Origin: Octopus bimaculoides
Taxonomy: Eukaryota
Assembly (NCBI RefSeq): GCF_001194135.2
Contig: NC_068993.1
Span: 50,060,273-50,124,272, forward strand
DNA: 64,000 nt
Direction: 5' to 3'
In this document: positions 63,241 through 64,000 of the stretch, one piece after another
How positions within the stretch are numbered: the stretch's first letter is position 1
Layout of the letters: the number at the start of each line of letters is the position of its first letter
Program-made: the position numbers and the translations under genes
The notes under the pieces: generated by a model
Told to the model about the DNA's origin: nothing
The model's database searches: none
Seen by the model: the letters and a program-made list of their open reading frames with translations, nothing else

Positions 63241-64000
63241 TGTTATTGTTGTTGTTGTTGACTGCAAGCCTGTCCAGATGTGTTTATGACATCATTCTTC
63301 AAGGTTCTGGTTTCTGACAGATTTAAACATGAAGGAATAATTGGGTGGGGGTCAGTTTTACTTTTCATATTGGGAGTATTTCAACATTTGGCCAATACAA
63401 AGTCAAGATAAAAAAAAAAAAATGCTTATTGTTAAGCAGATTTAGTTTGTCAACTTGATTACATACATGCTTAATATTGCAATACATAACATCCATCAAA
63501 ACTTACTTCATGAAGAAACCTATTTTCACGAAGATTAAACACCTCTCAAAAAGCAAAAAACAAAAAAATTAACAAGAAAATTTTGTAATGAAATACAGGT
63601 ATTTTTTTGAAGAGAAAAATATTGACATTTCTGTTGGGAAATAAGTATTGACAGTGTTTCTGGCAATATTTTTTTGGAAAAACAACAAAAAATAATTCTG
63701 CATTTTCTAATGATAGTAATTTGAGAAGTGGACCAGTCTTGTATTTTGCAAATGTGATTTGCAACAAATGAAATATAACACATTTAGATGCAAGGAAAAC
63801 TGAAAGTCAGCTTTATGTTAAAAAAAAATATGAAGAAATAAAACAAATGCTTTTCTACTTAAATCTGTCTCACAGAAGTAAAACAGACTGAAACTGTAAC
63901 TGAGCATTGCTAAAGCCATGAGGACGTTCTTTACCCTCCAAAACAAATAAAATTAATTGGAAGCAGCCCATGCTAATGTATGCAATGAGATCTTCAAGGG

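Overview
AT-rich, microsatellite-saturated animal genomic DNA from a draft assembly (16 N-gaps, about 6.6 kb, nearly all starting or ending in simple repeats). The SINE families look like those of octopus, so a coleoid cephalopod is the likely source (recognition, not a search). I cannot support any intact protein-coding gene, tRNA, rRNA or CRISPR array; the long ORFs in the track come from N-runs, microsatellites or transposon remnants. The window reads as intergenic or giant-intron sequence containing: five short retroposon families (about 30 copies listed, two with clear target-site duplications); three RTE-clade LINE remnants; a rearranged three-piece mariner relic forming a fold-back; hAT-, piggyBac- and pogo-type MITEs; several minisatellites; and a 154-bp spacer-less palindrome inside a (TA)n tract, possibly a haplotype-specific insertion. 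The most intriguing non-repeat signal is at 2524-2621 (+): branch point, polypyrimidine tract and TAG|GTAAGT (recursive-splice-site architecture), followed 59 nt later by ATG|GTAAGT, which has its own acceptor defining a 5-nt microexon. That interpretation is inference and needs RNA data.
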